Shown here piece by piece: positions 37,401 to 47,253 of a stretch of DNA of 64,000 nt. A program made the position numbers and the translations under genes. The notes beneath the pieces were generated by a model that saw only the letters and a list, made by a program, of their open reading frames with translations, ran no database searches and was not told where the DNA came from. The number at the start of each line of letters is the position of its first letter. Position 1 is the stretch's first letter. Source of the stretch: a virus; IMG/VR virus record IMGVR_UViG_3300025151_000020, positions 1-64,000 of that record. One strand, written 5' to 3'.

Positions 37401-40400
37401 TTTCAGAAGTTGTGATGGTCAGAGAAGTTCCGTTGTTGTATGCGGCTTTGGCGACAATACCATATCCACTATTCAAGACACCTTCTCCTATTGTGACATA
37501 GAAGTTGGTAGCACAATTGGCTTGAAGCCCTCTTTCTCCTGTGCTATTCAAGAATGCAGAGGCATCATCCACATTCAATGTACCACTACTGTACGAAGTG
37601 ACTACTGCTTGAACGGATGGTCTTTGACACCTTATGAGTGTCCTAGACGCAGCTAGCCAATCATACAGTTGGTCTGTAACCTCAAGGGATGCTATGGGGC
37701 TATGTTGCCCCCAATCAACCGCAAACCTAGATTCGTTCTCTCTCATCTCTGGTCGGTTTATCGCCATTGTACAATCAATACTCATCTTGAATGATTTGTC
37801 TGATGGTATTGGCGTTCTCGCATCGTTATCAGAAGCCAACAAACTATCCACATCATAGAACATAGAAGGGAATAATGGCAATTCAGTCAAGGCTCTAGTG
37901 GATGCGTAGTAAGTTGAAGTCTGCTTATCATTACGGACAGACGCATTTCCTGATCCTACAATCTTGTCCTTCCAACCAGGCATGAAAGGATGCTCCGCAA
38001 AGACGGGTTGGATATCCACTCCTCCTTGACCCAAGCCTCCCAAAGTCATTGTAACTGTGGGAGTTCCAAGATCGCCAATCTCTTTCACAGGTGTTCCTTG
38101 ACCTAAATTAAAATCCCTTGTAGAGCGATGGTCTATGATATCCATCAAAAGAGAACGGCCTTTGATAGATACCTTTGATTCATCTTCACCGCCTAATTGA
38201 GGAGTTATCTCTTCGACCCTGCCTCTCATCAATACTTTCTCAACAGTTGCTTGGAGAACATCAAGAGGGGAGTTTGAAGAATGCGACACATCATCAAGCA
38301 TAGCAAAACTTGTTCTCTTTGCTGGATGAACTAAAACGAAGTTGGCATTCCCCGTCAGCTCATTGTCAATGACATCCATAAATGAAAGATTGGATCGTCT
38401 AAATGATGAGGGAGTAACTTTGTCATCAGTATGCGTCTTCCTATTACTGCCACCCCCTCCTACTATGTGCATGATGTGGTAATCAGAGTTGCTTGTATCA
38501 TCAGGAGTGTTTGTGCTTGGTATCGCCTTTGGTATGGAATATCCTCCTATTCCTGTGCCTAAACCATATACTGTGTCCTCAATATTGATGAAGGGAGAAG
38601 GAGTGATGTCACCTGTTGGATTGGATGACAGGGTGTGTGATGCAGGTTTATCGTTGAAACTGCTTGTAGGAAGGCTCACAAGACCTCCAGGTGCAGTTAC
38701 TGTGAGAGTTATAGCAGAGGCATCTGTCTGATTGCCCGAATAAGGCCGTCTAAGCCAATCTGAGAGTGTTCGGCCACCAAAGACGGCACTACCACAAGGA
38801 ACGGTCTTAGACACGACTAGATAGGCCGCATTTCCCGTAGCATGATCAGGTTGGAACTTAGTGCTAACATCTGCCGTTGCTAGGCTTGTACCTGCGACCA
38901 CTTCTCCTGTCAAGTCTATCGCATTGTAATGAACTTGAACCTGCCTCGGACCACCTGCACTAATCAATACAGAAGGGGAGTCAATTATGGCAATTCTGCT
39001 AGTGTCTTCGGGAGTTAGGTGTCTAATGTAATTATCATTTGTTGGCGAGCCATTTACGAAATCAGCAGTATGGTCTGTATCCAAACCTTTCAACATGAAT
39101 GGTTTTACATTGCTAACTGCAATAGCGACTATCTCATCCCTTGTTGAGGCATACACATTCTGACTGAGTGAATTGTCATAGAAACCAACGCCCGCCTCAG
39201 TCACTATTCGATTGAATACGTTTGAGCTACTACTGCCCGAATCAGTTGCACCGATTGTTGATGCTTTGTTGATTACCTTTGATATCTCTCCATGAAATAC
39301 CGATTCTGTGACTTTTACTCTTTCATTCTCTGTGATAAGAGTATGGATATTTACATCCTCATTAACATAATCAAAGGTGTTTGCGATCCCCTGCACCGTT
39401 TGTTTTACCACTTGTTCATCGGGTATGGGTAGCATTTTCAAAAAGAAATCTCCTTCAATCAAGTTGTATGCAGTTACCGCCCCCATGCCACCGTATGTTT
39501 CGCTTGGAGCATACAATGTGTCAGCATCCGTTGAATCTGTGCTACGACTTTTGGTTGAGAAAAAGAATGCATCATTTGAAAATCCAGAACTGTCTTCAAA
39601 TCTTTGACCCTGTGTATAATGTGCTAGAGTGAATGTATCTCTCTTTCTCTTTCTTTGTCCTGTGACTGAATCAGAAACTTCTTTGTTGCCTGGATCAATG
39701 AATAAGTCTGCCCTTCCAATTGTAAAATAAACAGGGGTGTTGTCTGTATGTGCAAATATATGTCCTTGTGTCGTTGGCAGATTATCCACCGTTCCATTTG
39801 CCGCATCGTTAGCCAAATGTACAGATGTACAATTTAGACGACTATTAGCAAAATCAATTCCGGTTATTCTAATTCGTTCTATACGATTGATAGATGGATT
39901 AAGGGTTGATGTGCTTGAAGTGGAGAGTACAGAATTATCTGAAAACCTCACATTCTGCGAATCTGGGGGCGTTATAACGCCTGTGGAGGGGCTTGTTCCT
40001 GCTTGATTGATTACCGCATTAAGCACCGTTGATTTCACACTTGAGAAATACGCTTGGTCTGTTAAGTCAAGAGTTGAAGAATACCAGGATTGGTCTTTCA
40101 CCTCTTCCAAAGGTATGCCTTGAGTCAGAGATGCTAGTTTCTCTAAAGCAGAATACCTGTCAGTAACTCCCCCTGGATTTGCAGGGTAATCTCTAATCTT
40201 GAAGTGAGTGGTGCTGAAACTATGCCCTATTGCCACCATAGGTATATCCAACAATCCATCAAGTCTGTCCGTTCCATCTCTGCCTTGATTGGTAGCTCCT
40301 GATCTTGCATGGTCAAAGAAATACACTTCGGGAATATCATAATCATCGTCAAATCTCCACAAGCCAAAGGTGTTCTGCATCTTCGTCAAGGGTTCTATTT

Positions 40401-41061
40401 TTGGATCAACAATTCCTTGAGTGATACGAATGCTCTCAATAGCACCTCGAAACTCTCCTCCTCTCCCTCCAATAAATATGTCAGATGATGATTCTTGCAG
40501 TAATCCTCCTTCCCCTCCAAGATTGAGTTCGGCTACTATATCTCCATTGATGAAACACTTAATTTCAGATTGAGTGTATTGTGCAGTTACTAGAACTAAT
40601 CCTTGTTGCCCGAATGTCAAATCTTGAGGGCGATGGGCATTTGATGAAGATGAATAGACTCCCGAATTGCTTACAGTATGAACAGGAGCATTGAATGAGG
40701 TGGATAGAGTATAGGGTCTATCGGCAGTATATACTTCAAACAGTAGTTTGCCATTAGCGAAAGGTTCTCCATACTTCAATCTAAACGATCCTGGTTTCTC
40801 AACAATCACTCCTCCATAATCAGGAACAATATATGCATCTATTGTGAAAGAGCCTCTGAGTGCGTTCAATGGATTTGATTGTGAATCAATATGTTTTCTT
40901 CCAACTTTAGTTGCATGGCTCTTTGTTGATTTGACTGTTCCTGAGAATTGCTTTGGTCTAAGGTCTATTCCCGATTCTCTATTTCTCCCCGTAGGAACAA
41001 CCAACCCATCGGTGAAACCGTTTAGACGAAGTGCTTTGCCATGAAATCTTACAATGCCCAT
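34498..41061 (-). CDS. Giant tail-tip protein (2187 aa) with N- and C-terminal LamG/concanavalin-like domains
   Basis: FTIDAYI.P...FING...IFIGG...F.G.IESIRI...LWRFDD and YTISVWFKP...WHNL...EIGVFD. Confidence 0.78.
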   Translation of the reverse strand: MGIVRFHGKALRLNGFTDGLVVPTGRNRESGIDLRPKQFSGTVKSTKSHATKVGRKHIDSQSNPLNALRGSFTIDAYIVPDYGGVIVEKPGSFRLKYGEPFANGKLLFEVYTADRPYTLSTSFNAPVHTVSNSGVYSSSSNAHRPQDLTFGQQGLVLVTAQYTQSEIKCFINGDIVAELNLGGEGGLLQESSSDIFIGGRGGEFRGAIESIRITQGIVDPKIEPLTKMQNTFGLWRFDDDYDIPEVYFFDHARSGATNQGRDGTDRLDGLLDIPMVAIGHSFSTTHFKIRDYPANPGGVTDRYSALEKLASLTQGIPLEEVKDQSWYSSTLDLTDQAYFSSVKSTVLNAVINQAGTSPSTGVITPPDSQNVRFSDNSVLSTSSTSTLNPSINRIERIRITGIDFANSRLNCTSVHLANDAANGTVDNLPTTQGHIFAHTDNTPVYFTIGRADLFIDPGNKEVSDSVTGQRKRKRDTFTLAHYTQGQRFEDSSGFSNDAFFFSTKSRSTDSTDADTLYAPSETYGGMGAVTAYNLIEGDFFLKMLPIPDEQVVKQTVQGIANTFDYVNEDVNIHTLITENERVKVTESVFHGEISKVINKASTIGATDSGSSSSNVFNRIVTEAGVGFYDNSLSQNVYASTRDEIVAIAVSNVKPFMLKGLDTDHTADFVNGSPTNDNYIRHLTPEDTSRIAIIDSPSVLISAGGPRQVQVHYNAIDLTGEVVAGTSLATADVSTKFQPDHATGNAAYLVVSKTVPCGSAVFGGRTLSDWLRRPYSGNQTDASAITLTVTAPGGLVSLPTSSFNDKPASHTLSSNPTGDITPSPFINIEDTVYGLGTGIGGYSIPKAIPSTNTPDDTSNSDYHIMHIVGGGGSNRKTHTDDKVTPSSFRRSNLSFMDVIDNELTGNANFVLVHPAKRTSFAMLDDVSHSSNSPLDVLQATVEKVLMRGRVEEITPQLGGEDESKVSIKGRSLLMDIIDHRSTRDFNLGQGTPVKEIGDLGTPTVTMTLGGLGQGGVDIQPVFAEHPFMPGWKDKIVGSGNASVRNDKQTSTYYASTRALTELPLFPSMFYDVDSLLASDNDARTPIPSDKSFKMSIDCTMAINRPEMRENESRFAVDWGQHSPIASLEVTDQLYDWLAASRTLIRCQRPSVQAVVTSYSSGTLNVDDASAFLNSTGERGLQANCATNFYVTIGEGVLNSGYGIVAKAAYNNGTSLTITTSETWNPLDTSSNESSNLGNIDAGMTVTLGGFIVVDTNTTVANDSSPIILSVVDIPGIISGETPLGLSDRILVAEALGESVKAIIGLNADAVHADPNNSARILILDGPNMEAFEWDVQSAHESANDRQSLHPILCQTSYLSLKGKKSDGSALEYVRPLDIDFNSIANTTSDFNVCVEEVIRRINMAGHPQAKNSTGGSAFDPPAIFPVSATDTNTGTHMGYVRAFVGTATESRDGESGISIVIHSTIPGASGRNFNVRLSNRTPYAYKPAQVVGYGAPITTNSRLYQTNSFAAPMPIGADGETFVPISTFKGAVAGSTLDSANNLRSYNGLGGSFTVTTVSSPTAETLLGASATAPDMTSPTLSAFNPSSDTDINHLAVSITATDYLKRITKTPGPLMQGVLRVKGALASFQGIDQQRTTLSSDVVTNAFMIRSIVPYGSLTDFIELFYDSDGNAIDGIEVELLYPGTEEEGIVYFGGGHTGVTFDISDGTSNDYSDDFLHHYSKGPTGFSGFQNLHEVSTASAVLDFTDITNNDTINEDTLQGIHHRLKEEGNSLKRCLLYARLDQEVGYANASYNQGQDLTEAIYASPLRVSRGKAATTVQSNYSSGSTLNVVDATDFESSGTNNAIAGGDFFTYTGKSTGGSPHTLTGVSGLAAVDAGVEVASIKTGAHATMDVQNGPAYSVDTTSKGLDFHGLQTVATHYWTGSAVNKEYGPMGDFDCTGDYTISVWFKPNFGSNFGNANVEAASGPLITGRDAAGRYWGLYLAGQNSVTGDGTGNNYQQACFFFLFHDGSNIRSVTNAAQADGVRIHRGKWHNLTMSKSGTNVTFRLSGEEFYVGSTQKIDTTHTFTSSSVNTLVGGTGTPIQGKLPKYLGDLTQTGMCFIGLSAAGAIDQAPTATNGPMSIYTINGSTYNMACGCTDGATAYTTTNTNNDQIWAWNMTMGEIGVFDYVFSLADVQEMFAARAVW

Positions 41062-41062
41062 A

Positions 41063-42292
41063 TCATATACCCACCAATTGCTCCACCGCAGTAAAGGTCA
41101 TCTCATATGACCAAAAGCCATCACCTGCACTATATGATGGGCTAAACATTGTCAGAACAACAGGTATTGCGACACCTTGTTCCAGGTATGGATTTGGCCT
41201 AATGGTTTCATTATTTACTACTATTGTTGGATCGAAAGACTTTGTATTTTGATCGGAGGAGAAGTCTGTTCCTATTCCTGATGGTATGAGATATTGCCTC
41301 AATACCTTGTTGCCATCTGTGGATGAGGCCAATGACTCATATGGAACACGAAGCCCTACGATATACTTCTTGACGACATTTGCATTATCCACTCTAAGGA
41401 ATCTTGAGGCATCTAAGGAAGCAACCCCTTCTGGTATATCCACAACTGAACCGCCTAATGCATTTGGCGAAATCAATGCCCCTCCTGCACTCATATTTGA
41501 TAGATTCAACAAATCCTGTACCTTATCTTCCATAGTCAGTTGAGTAGCTGCAACTCCTCCTACTGCATTTGTCACAAGGAATTGCTTTGTCCAATCCTGT
41601 CCTGCATTATCTTTTGATACGGTTACTGTGTGGTTGCCCGCAGAACCTACGGTCTTGTTTGTAATAGTGATTTTCTCTCCGTTGAATCCTGATCCACTCT
41701 GAGAATCTTGAGAGAGGGTTTCAAGTTGGCCGGATGATTGGGATGTGGTGAATATGTCTGAGAAGTTAGTAGTAGTTGTATCCACTTTGACTTGAGCACT
41801 TCCTAATGCAGTTGCTATTGTGTCGGAAAGGCTATCGCTACTTGTGGTTGAAGATATATTCACCACGATGATACTGTTCGTTGCAACTGTGGATGAACCG
41901 CTACCATTCTTCAACTGTATTGTAATGTCTTCTCCTAATCCTGCGTTGATTTGACCAATGCTCTTGAAGTTAATTTCAACTCCGTCTAATTCAGTTTTGA
42001 CAGTATTCCAACTACTAAACAATTCATACCAAGTTGCTTCTAATGATTGGCTACCGTTGATTGATGTGTCAATGGTGAATGCTGAACCAACACCTGGAGT
42101 CTGTTGGTCATCGTCTGTAAATATGCCTTGAAGAGTTATGCCAATCTGTGTTTGATTGAGATCAAGTGCAACACGAGTATTGAGTATTGGAAGGGGATAA
42201 GCAGTAATTATCCTGGTCAAATCAAATGTTATACTGTCTGCATCTAATTCCATGATGCTACTATCTCTTCGAATGAGTTGTATTCTTGGCAT
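41063..42292 (-). CDS. Distal tail protein-like
   Basis: Directly after the tape measure gene; ITLQGIF N-terminus and F...Y.AG..FWSYEMTF C-terminus with a beta-rich insert. Confidence 0.55.
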   Translation of the reverse strand: MPRIQLIRRDSSIMELDADSITFDLTRIITAYPLPILNTRVALDLNQTQIGITLQGIFTDDDQQTPGVGSAFTIDTSINGSQSLEATWYELFSSWNTVKTELDGVEINFKSIGQINAGLGEDITIQLKNGSGSSTVATNSIIVVNISSTTSSDSLSDTIATALGSAQVKVDTTTTNFSDIFTTSQSSGQLETLSQDSQSGSGFNGEKITITNKTVGSAGNHTVTVSKDNAGQDWTKQFLVTNAVGGVAATQLTMEDKVQDLLNLSNMSAGGALISPNALGGSVVDIPEGVASLDASRFLRVDNANVVKKYIVGLRVPYESLASSTDGNKVLRQYLIPSGIGTDFSSDQNTKSFDPTIVVNNETIRPNPYLEQGVAIPVVLTMFSPSYSAGDGFWSYEMTFTAVEQLVGI

Positions 42293-43899
42293 CAGATTCC
42301 TCTCCCATATCCACCTGATCTTGACCGTGATTTGAATACACGCTGAACTTCTTTGCTAACCGCCTTTGCAATATCTTGAGGATTGCCATTCGCACCACTA
42401 ACTGTGATATTGACTGTGTTTTCATTTAGGGTGTTATCGTTGGTTATGTTTGTAGTGCCTCCACCACCCATTCCTTCTCCTTGTATTGCAACAGGTATGC
42501 TCCTGCCATCGGGGAGTGGCACTACTGCCTCAGTACCGTGTAATATGGCAGGAAAACCACTTGATGGTCCTGATACTACTCCTCCCTTTGAGAAGCCGAG
42601 AGCACCACCAATAGATCCTCCAATAGAACCTACGAAATCAGATACGCCTCCTATTACATCTCCAAAGTCAGGAATCATGTCAAATATTTCTTGTACGGTA
42701 TCAAGAAAGCCTTCAAAGATACCTACTATTCCATCAATCGCCCATTGAATTGCATCCCCTGCTCCGTCTAACATAGTAGAGAAAGCATCGCCAACTGCCT
42801 CAATTGGAGGTGTTATGAACTCAAATATTGCATCTTTAATGCCTATCATTTTATTTATTATCCAATCAACTTTGTTGCCCGCTACTTCGGCCAATGCGTC
42901 AAATGGATTCTCTGCCGTGAATATGTAAAGGAGATCGTTTAGGAATGTATTTATCCAGGAAAGAAGTCCTGTAAAGATACTAAAGATGCCTGTTATAACC
43001 CACTCTATTAAGCCTAAGAATGTCATGAAAGCACCTCCTGCACCCGCATCTCCTAAAGCCCCGCCAATCTCCACCGCAAGCCAAACGACTAACTCAATCA
43101 ATTTGCCGAATATGACACCTGCTACTTCAAACAACAGACCGAGAGTTTCTATGAATAGCACTATGAAATCAACTATTCCACTATCAACTAAGAAACTTCC
43201 AAACCTGTTGAATGCAGAGGTTAGACCGGATGTCACACTACCTCCTGTTATACCTAAATCTTCAAACGCCTTTTGGAATGAACCAAATATTGCACTTATA
43301 CCTGCCCAGATGCCCATAAATACCGCAAGCAATGCATGGAAAACTCCGTGATCGTACATTGCTTCAACCACACTCAACCATGTTGATATCCACCAAGTAA
43401 TTATTTCCACCATCAAAGTGACTACTGATACGAAGAATGTTCCAAACTCGGTAAGAACCGACTTCGCCATTTCAATAGCTGGTCCGAAATCAAAAGCCAT
43501 TATCTGTTGAATGACTCCTATGAGGATGTCTTTCAAACCGCTTAAAGCGGATATCAATTCGCCTGTACCACCACCTGCCGAACCAACAGATGAAGTGAGA
43601 TATGCAAAGACGGATATTACTGTGAATAATATTCCAATCATCCCTAGAAAGGACATTCTTATGCCATCAACTGTCTTCTCCATAATTCCTAAAGGAACTA
43701 ACAGACCCTTCATCGGAGCGAGAACTGCTCCAATTCCTGTTTTTAGTTTGAGCCATAGATTGTAAAACGGGCCAAGAAGTTTATTGAAGATTACAACTTT
43801 AGTATAGGATTTTGTCATGGCTTTGCCAAAGTCTTTGTCCAAAGCCATACCTGCGGCAGAAACTTGTTTTGTCCAATCCGCTAAGTTTGTATCAGCCAT
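42292..43899 (-). CDS. Tail tape measure protein
   Basis: Amphipathic helical repeats with periodic W/F; GGVV.GP..G..AILHG.EAVVPL C-terminal motif; follows the chaperone pair. Confidence 0.85.
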   Translation of the reverse strand: MADTNLADWTKQVSAAGMALDKDFGKAMTKSYTKVVIFNKLLGPFYNLWLKLKTGIGAVLAPMKGLLVPLGIMEKTVDGIRMSFLGMIGILFTVISVFAYLTSSVGSAGGGTGELISALSGLKDILIGVIQQIMAFDFGPAIEMAKSVLTEFGTFFVSVVTLMVEIITWWISTWLSVVEAMYDHGVFHALLAVFMGIWAGISAIFGSFQKAFEDLGITGGSVTSGLTSAFNRFGSFLVDSGIVDFIVLFIETLGLLFEVAGVIFGKLIELVVWLAVEIGGALGDAGAGGAFMTFLGLIEWVITGIFSIFTGLLSWINTFLNDLLYIFTAENPFDALAEVAGNKVDWIINKMIGIKDAIFEFITPPIEAVGDAFSTMLDGAGDAIQWAIDGIVGIFEGFLDTVQEIFDMIPDFGDVIGGVSDFVGSIGGSIGGALGFSKGGVVSGPSSGFPAILHGTEAVVPLPDGRSIPVAIQGEGMGGGGTTNITNDNTLNENTVNITVSGANGNPQDIAKAVSKEVQRVFKSRSRSGGYGRGI

Positions 43900-44263
43900 C
43901 CTGCTCCCTCAATTTCTGGTTCATCAGATCGAAACTATCTTGTAGGGTGGCACTATCACTTGTTGTCCGTATATGCCTCCCTTTATTTTGATTTCCTTGA
44001 GCGTTATAACGAGATCTTTGTTTTTCAAGCCGTTTTGACTCCTCTGCTTGCTTTTCTTGATGTGCCCGAACAAAGTTATACAGAAAATATACACGCTCAG
44101 GTGGTTGGTCATCCCAAGAGTGTGGAGGGCAATTAAAATGACTACCCAATACATAGGTTATAGCCTGGTAAGAGAGCATGATGCTCTGTTTAGGAGTGAA
44201 GTGACCTACCCTGCCATCTGAATTGAGAAACCTTCGGAGTTCAGGGTAGGTTATTCCAAAGGG
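43892..44263 (-). CDS. Tail assembly chaperone, frameshift (GT-like) extension
   Basis: The -1 frame is open from the slippery site at 44263 through ORF 43892-44179. Confidence 0.7.
   Translation of the reverse strand, partial: PFGITYPELRRFLNSDGRVGHFTPKQSIMLSYQAITYVLGSHFNCPPHSWDDQPPERVYFLYNFVRAHQEKQAEESKRLEKQRSRYNAQGNQNKGRHIRTTSDSATLQDSFDLMNQKLREQDG
44204..44263 (-). other. -1 programmed ribosomal frameshift signal (C CCU UUG plus 10-bp hairpin)
   Basis: Heptamer at 44263-44257, 5-nt spacer, ACCTACCCTG/CAGGGTAGGT stem (44251-44242 with 44213-44204). Confidence 0.75.
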
Positions 44264-44619
44264 GCTTGCTCACCGCCAGCGAATGCTTCCATCAAAGATT
44301 CAAGTGATGGCAATACCTTGATTAGTTCCTTGCCCACTTCAGGACTTAATTTTAGAATGTCTTTCTTGGATATTGCAGGATCGGTTTTCTCTATGCAATT
44401 TGTAAGAACATACGAATAGTATCCTCCAAAATCAATTGAAGGAGCAGGTTCGCCATCAACCATTTGGAAATCAACAAACCTGGATATCGCTTCTTGTTGC
44501 TGAATCCAAGTGAGTGGTTTTACGAAAACCACTAGAACGCCTTTTTCTGTTTCAACCTCGTGCCTAACCGAACTTGATACGGTTAGAAAATCATTCGCCT
44601 TCAACGCCATCTGTTTCAT
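44251..44619 (-). CDS. Tail assembly chaperone (G-like)
   Basis: 122 aa between the tail tube and tape measure genes; V.VKPLTW..Q pattern. Confidence 0.75.
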   Translation of the reverse strand: MKQMALKANDFLTVSSSVRHEVETEKGVLVVFVKPLTWIQQQEAISRFVDFQMVDGEPAPSIDFGGYYSYVLTNCIEKTDPAISKKDILKLSPEVGKELIKVLPSLESLMEAFAGGEQAPLE

Positions 44620-44998
44620 CTCCTTCTGTTAGAGGCGTTTCGTCTGTGGCACTTGCCTCTGTTGCGGTATCTGCTTCAACTAGGGTTTCAACCTGGTCTG
44701 AGCTAGTTGTGGAATTGGTGGCATCCCATGCCCTCAATCTATCGATCAACTGTTGTTTGTTTCCATAGATTGGCTCTCCCGCCTGTTGTAATAAGACCTT
44801 TAATTCGGTGACAGACATCTCTTCGTAACCATCTGTATAGACAATTTCTTCTTCTTCCTGTACTAATGGCGTGTAAGCACCTTCAACTGCTATTTCACTT
44901 GAAGATAGCCCTGGTCCATCAGTTATCTCATCGCCATTGATTGTCCAATCAATCCTTGCTCTTGTGCCATTGACCGAAACGAATCCCGTTAGCCTCAT
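44591..44998 (-). CDS. SAP-domain protein with acidic tail
   Basis: MSVTELKVLL...G....GNKQQLIDRL matches the SAP motif. Confidence 0.75.
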   Translation of the reverse strand: MRLTGFVSVNGTRARIDWTINGDEITDGPGLSSSEIAVEGAYTPLVQEEEEIVYTDGYEEMSVTELKVLLQQAGEPIYGNKQQLIDRLRAWDATNSTTSSDQVETLVEADTATEASATDETPLTEGDETDGVEGE

Positions 44999-45014
44999 TA
45001 TAACTCCCTCATGT

Positions 45015-45029
45015 TCAATGGTTATTCAA
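45015..45029 (-). promoter_or_regulatory. Late promoter motif TTGAATAA-CC-ATTGA
   Basis: Intergenic; shares TATA-like plus ATTGA layout with the 47234 and 60913 sites. Confidence 0.45.
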
Positions 45030-45037
45030 GCATTCCC

Positions 45038-47209
45038 TCATAATATGAAATATGGATTGTTTTCTGTCACCTTCATGTGGCGAACCACCAACTCAACATC
45101 AGCGAATATTGGCCCCTTGTCTGATGGTATCTGATGATCCGCTTTTGTGATGGTGTAATCCTCCAAAGTTATAGTAGCGGTTTGCCGAGTAGTTGCACTA
45201 CCTGCTTTGGTCATTGTGAATGTAATGTCGTTTGTGTTCTGGTGATGCCTTCGAGTTCTGACTTCATCCCATAGTCTATCATCCTCAACTAAAGCCTTGA
45301 ATGAGAATGTGTATTCCCTCACTCCTTCTGTGATATCCAATGGAGTCTGCGTTGCTCCGTGTTGAACCTGATCTGTATCGGATGTTGCACCTTCAAAGCC
45401 TCTAATGTACCATCTAGCCGTGTTAGTGTTTGCTAGTCCTAGACTAAACTCTGTTGCTCTAAGCACAGGTCTTCCAAATATCTGTATGCTTATATCTTGG
45501 AATAGATATGGTTTTTCACCATCAACCGCTATACCGCTAACCTTTCTGTTCGCTGCGGTGTTTGCAGTATTGTCAAACATTCGGTGCGGGGAGAACATAT
45601 CGCCTGTATCAGTATAGTGTCTTGCAGCTTGATACTCACAACTAATCTTCAATTCTCCCTCAGTATCTGCTGATATATTTGCAGATCCAACCTTGCAACC
45701 GCTATACAATCTAAGCAGTTGTTCTCCACCAGGAGTAGTATCGCTATTCCTAAACGATTGCTCAACGGTGAAAGAGGGTACAACATTGTGTCCGAAGAGT
45801 GTATGTGTGACTCCATTTTGAAGTTCTTTTGTTGATGCTACAATGTTTGGACTACCTTTTGATGCATCAGATGTGTATCTCAATCTATCAACACCACAAG
45901 AAGCAACTGCGTGAGCAAAGGTAAATGGTTCTTCAACATGAACATGATCTCCACCAACTGCAATTACTCTCCTGATCTCATGCTTGAATATTGTGGGTGG
46001 CGTTCCATCTTGACCTGGAATCTGGTGTGTGTCTTTGTCAATAATCTGAATGTAATCTCCCACCGTGAACATTGCACGGACTGTCGCCCCCACATCCACT
46101 CTTGTATCTCCAATGGATACTGCACCTGCAAGTGGTGGCATGAGAACAACACACTTGTTAGAAGCAAGAGCCAATGTAGCTGCACCAGAATCAATGTCTG
46201 CTATGCCTTGAACATCATTGGAAGATATTGATGCGTATGATGCGTATTTCGTAGTGCCACTATCATTCACTTTGAGGACACCTGCGGCAGTTCCGCTTGT
46301 AACTTTGAAGACGGCTTTTGAAGTCAGAGTAACATCATCGCTACTTGTTGATGCTACCTTAGCACCAATCATGAAGTTAGTTCCTGTTGTAGTTGAGAGG
46401 CTATCTAAGCCCGTAAGAACAGTTCCTGATGATGCTATTGCAGTATAATCGCCCGCAGTTCCAGAAGCCGATTGTAATTCTGCTCTACCCGTTACGGTTG
46501 CATCATCGCCTAAATTGAATAATTTCTCAGAAATAGTGTTACTCCCGCTTGCTAGGGTGGCTAGAGAACCGTTGCTCTTTGCGGTATGACCTCCTAATGC
46601 GTACTTCAACCACCTCATACTGTGAGCATTTACCTCTATTGAACCCCCTTCTAAGGTTTCACGCCCACTTGTAATTACATTGACATCCCTGCCCATGCCA
46701 ATAACGTGTTGTTGCCTAACATCAATTGATGGCTCAGGCAGAGCAAACTCGTTTAGTAATCCTAGAAATTGATCGGTTCGTACTTTTTGACTGTTGGTTG
46801 CATCACTCATAGATGAATCAAAAGTGGGGCAACGGTATGCCTCTATCACTAAACTATCTGATGAACCTGCCGCTTGGCTTGCAGATGTAGCCAAAGCGGG
46901 TTGAACGGTAATTGTTCCAGCAGTTGTGTCATTTGCCGTTATGTAGTATGTTCTTCTAGTTGAAGCGTAATCATCAGAAGCGAAATTAGTGCCTCCTGTA
47001 ATCTTAACAACACAACCGACCAATATATTATCAGGGATTTCAACATCAGTTCCTGATCCTGTGTGCCAATAAGCTCCTGTTCCTACTGTAATTAGACTCG
47101 TACTATTGGTGCTTGAAGTGAGTGTCCAGGTAGCACCATCACACCGTAGCCCTGTTTCTTTACCGAATGATACTTCGGCCAAATCTCCTTTGTATAGTGC
47201 ATTCGCCAT
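45038..47209 (-). CDS. Major tail tube protein with inserted beta domains
   Basis: 723 aa; YKGDLAEVSFGKE, PSFTVE...R.YSGCKV...I.AD..GEL, EG.REY tail-tube-like pattern; synteny. Confidence 0.75.
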   Translation of the reverse strand: MANALYKGDLAEVSFGKETGLRCDGATWTLTSSTNSTSLITVGTGAYWHTGSGTDVEIPDNILVGCVVKITGGTNFASDDYASTRRTYYITANDTTAGTITVQPALATSASQAAGSSDSLVIEAYRCPTFDSSMSDATNSQKVRTDQFLGLLNEFALPEPSIDVRQQHVIGMGRDVNVITSGRETLEGGSIEVNAHSMRWLKYALGGHTAKSNGSLATLASGSNTISEKLFNLGDDATVTGRAELQSASGTAGDYTAIASSGTVLTGLDSLSTTTGTNFMIGAKVASTSSDDVTLTSKAVFKVTSGTAAGVLKVNDSGTTKYASYASISSNDVQGIADIDSGAATLALASNKCVVLMPPLAGAVSIGDTRVDVGATVRAMFTVGDYIQIIDKDTHQIPGQDGTPPTIFKHEIRRVIAVGGDHVHVEEPFTFAHAVASCGVDRLRYTSDASKGSPNIVASTKELQNGVTHTLFGHNVVPSFTVEQSFRNSDTTPGGEQLLRLYSGCKVGSANISADTEGELKISCEYQAARHYTDTGDMFSPHRMFDNTANTAANRKVSGIAVDGEKPYLFQDISIQIFGRPVLRATEFSLGLANTNTARWYIRGFEGATSDTDQVQHGATQTPLDITEGVREYTFSFKALVEDDRLWDEVRTRRHHQNTNDITFTMTKAGSATTRQTATITLEDYTITKADHQIPSDKGPIFADVELVVRHMKVTENNPYFIL

Positions 47210-47233
47210 GTTCTATCAAAGGTCGCTAAACGG

Positions 47234-47246
47234 TCAATGCTATTTA
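47234..47246 (-). promoter_or_regulatory. Late promoter motif TAAATA-GC-ATTGA
   Basis: Intergenic, upstream of the tail tube gene. Confidence 0.5.
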
Positions 47247-47253
47247 GCAACTA

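Noticed and set aside
45038-47209. Contractile tail sheath
   Set aside because: The size is sheath-like, but the motifs and position fit a tail tube with insertions; no separate tube or baseplate wedge genes were recognised.
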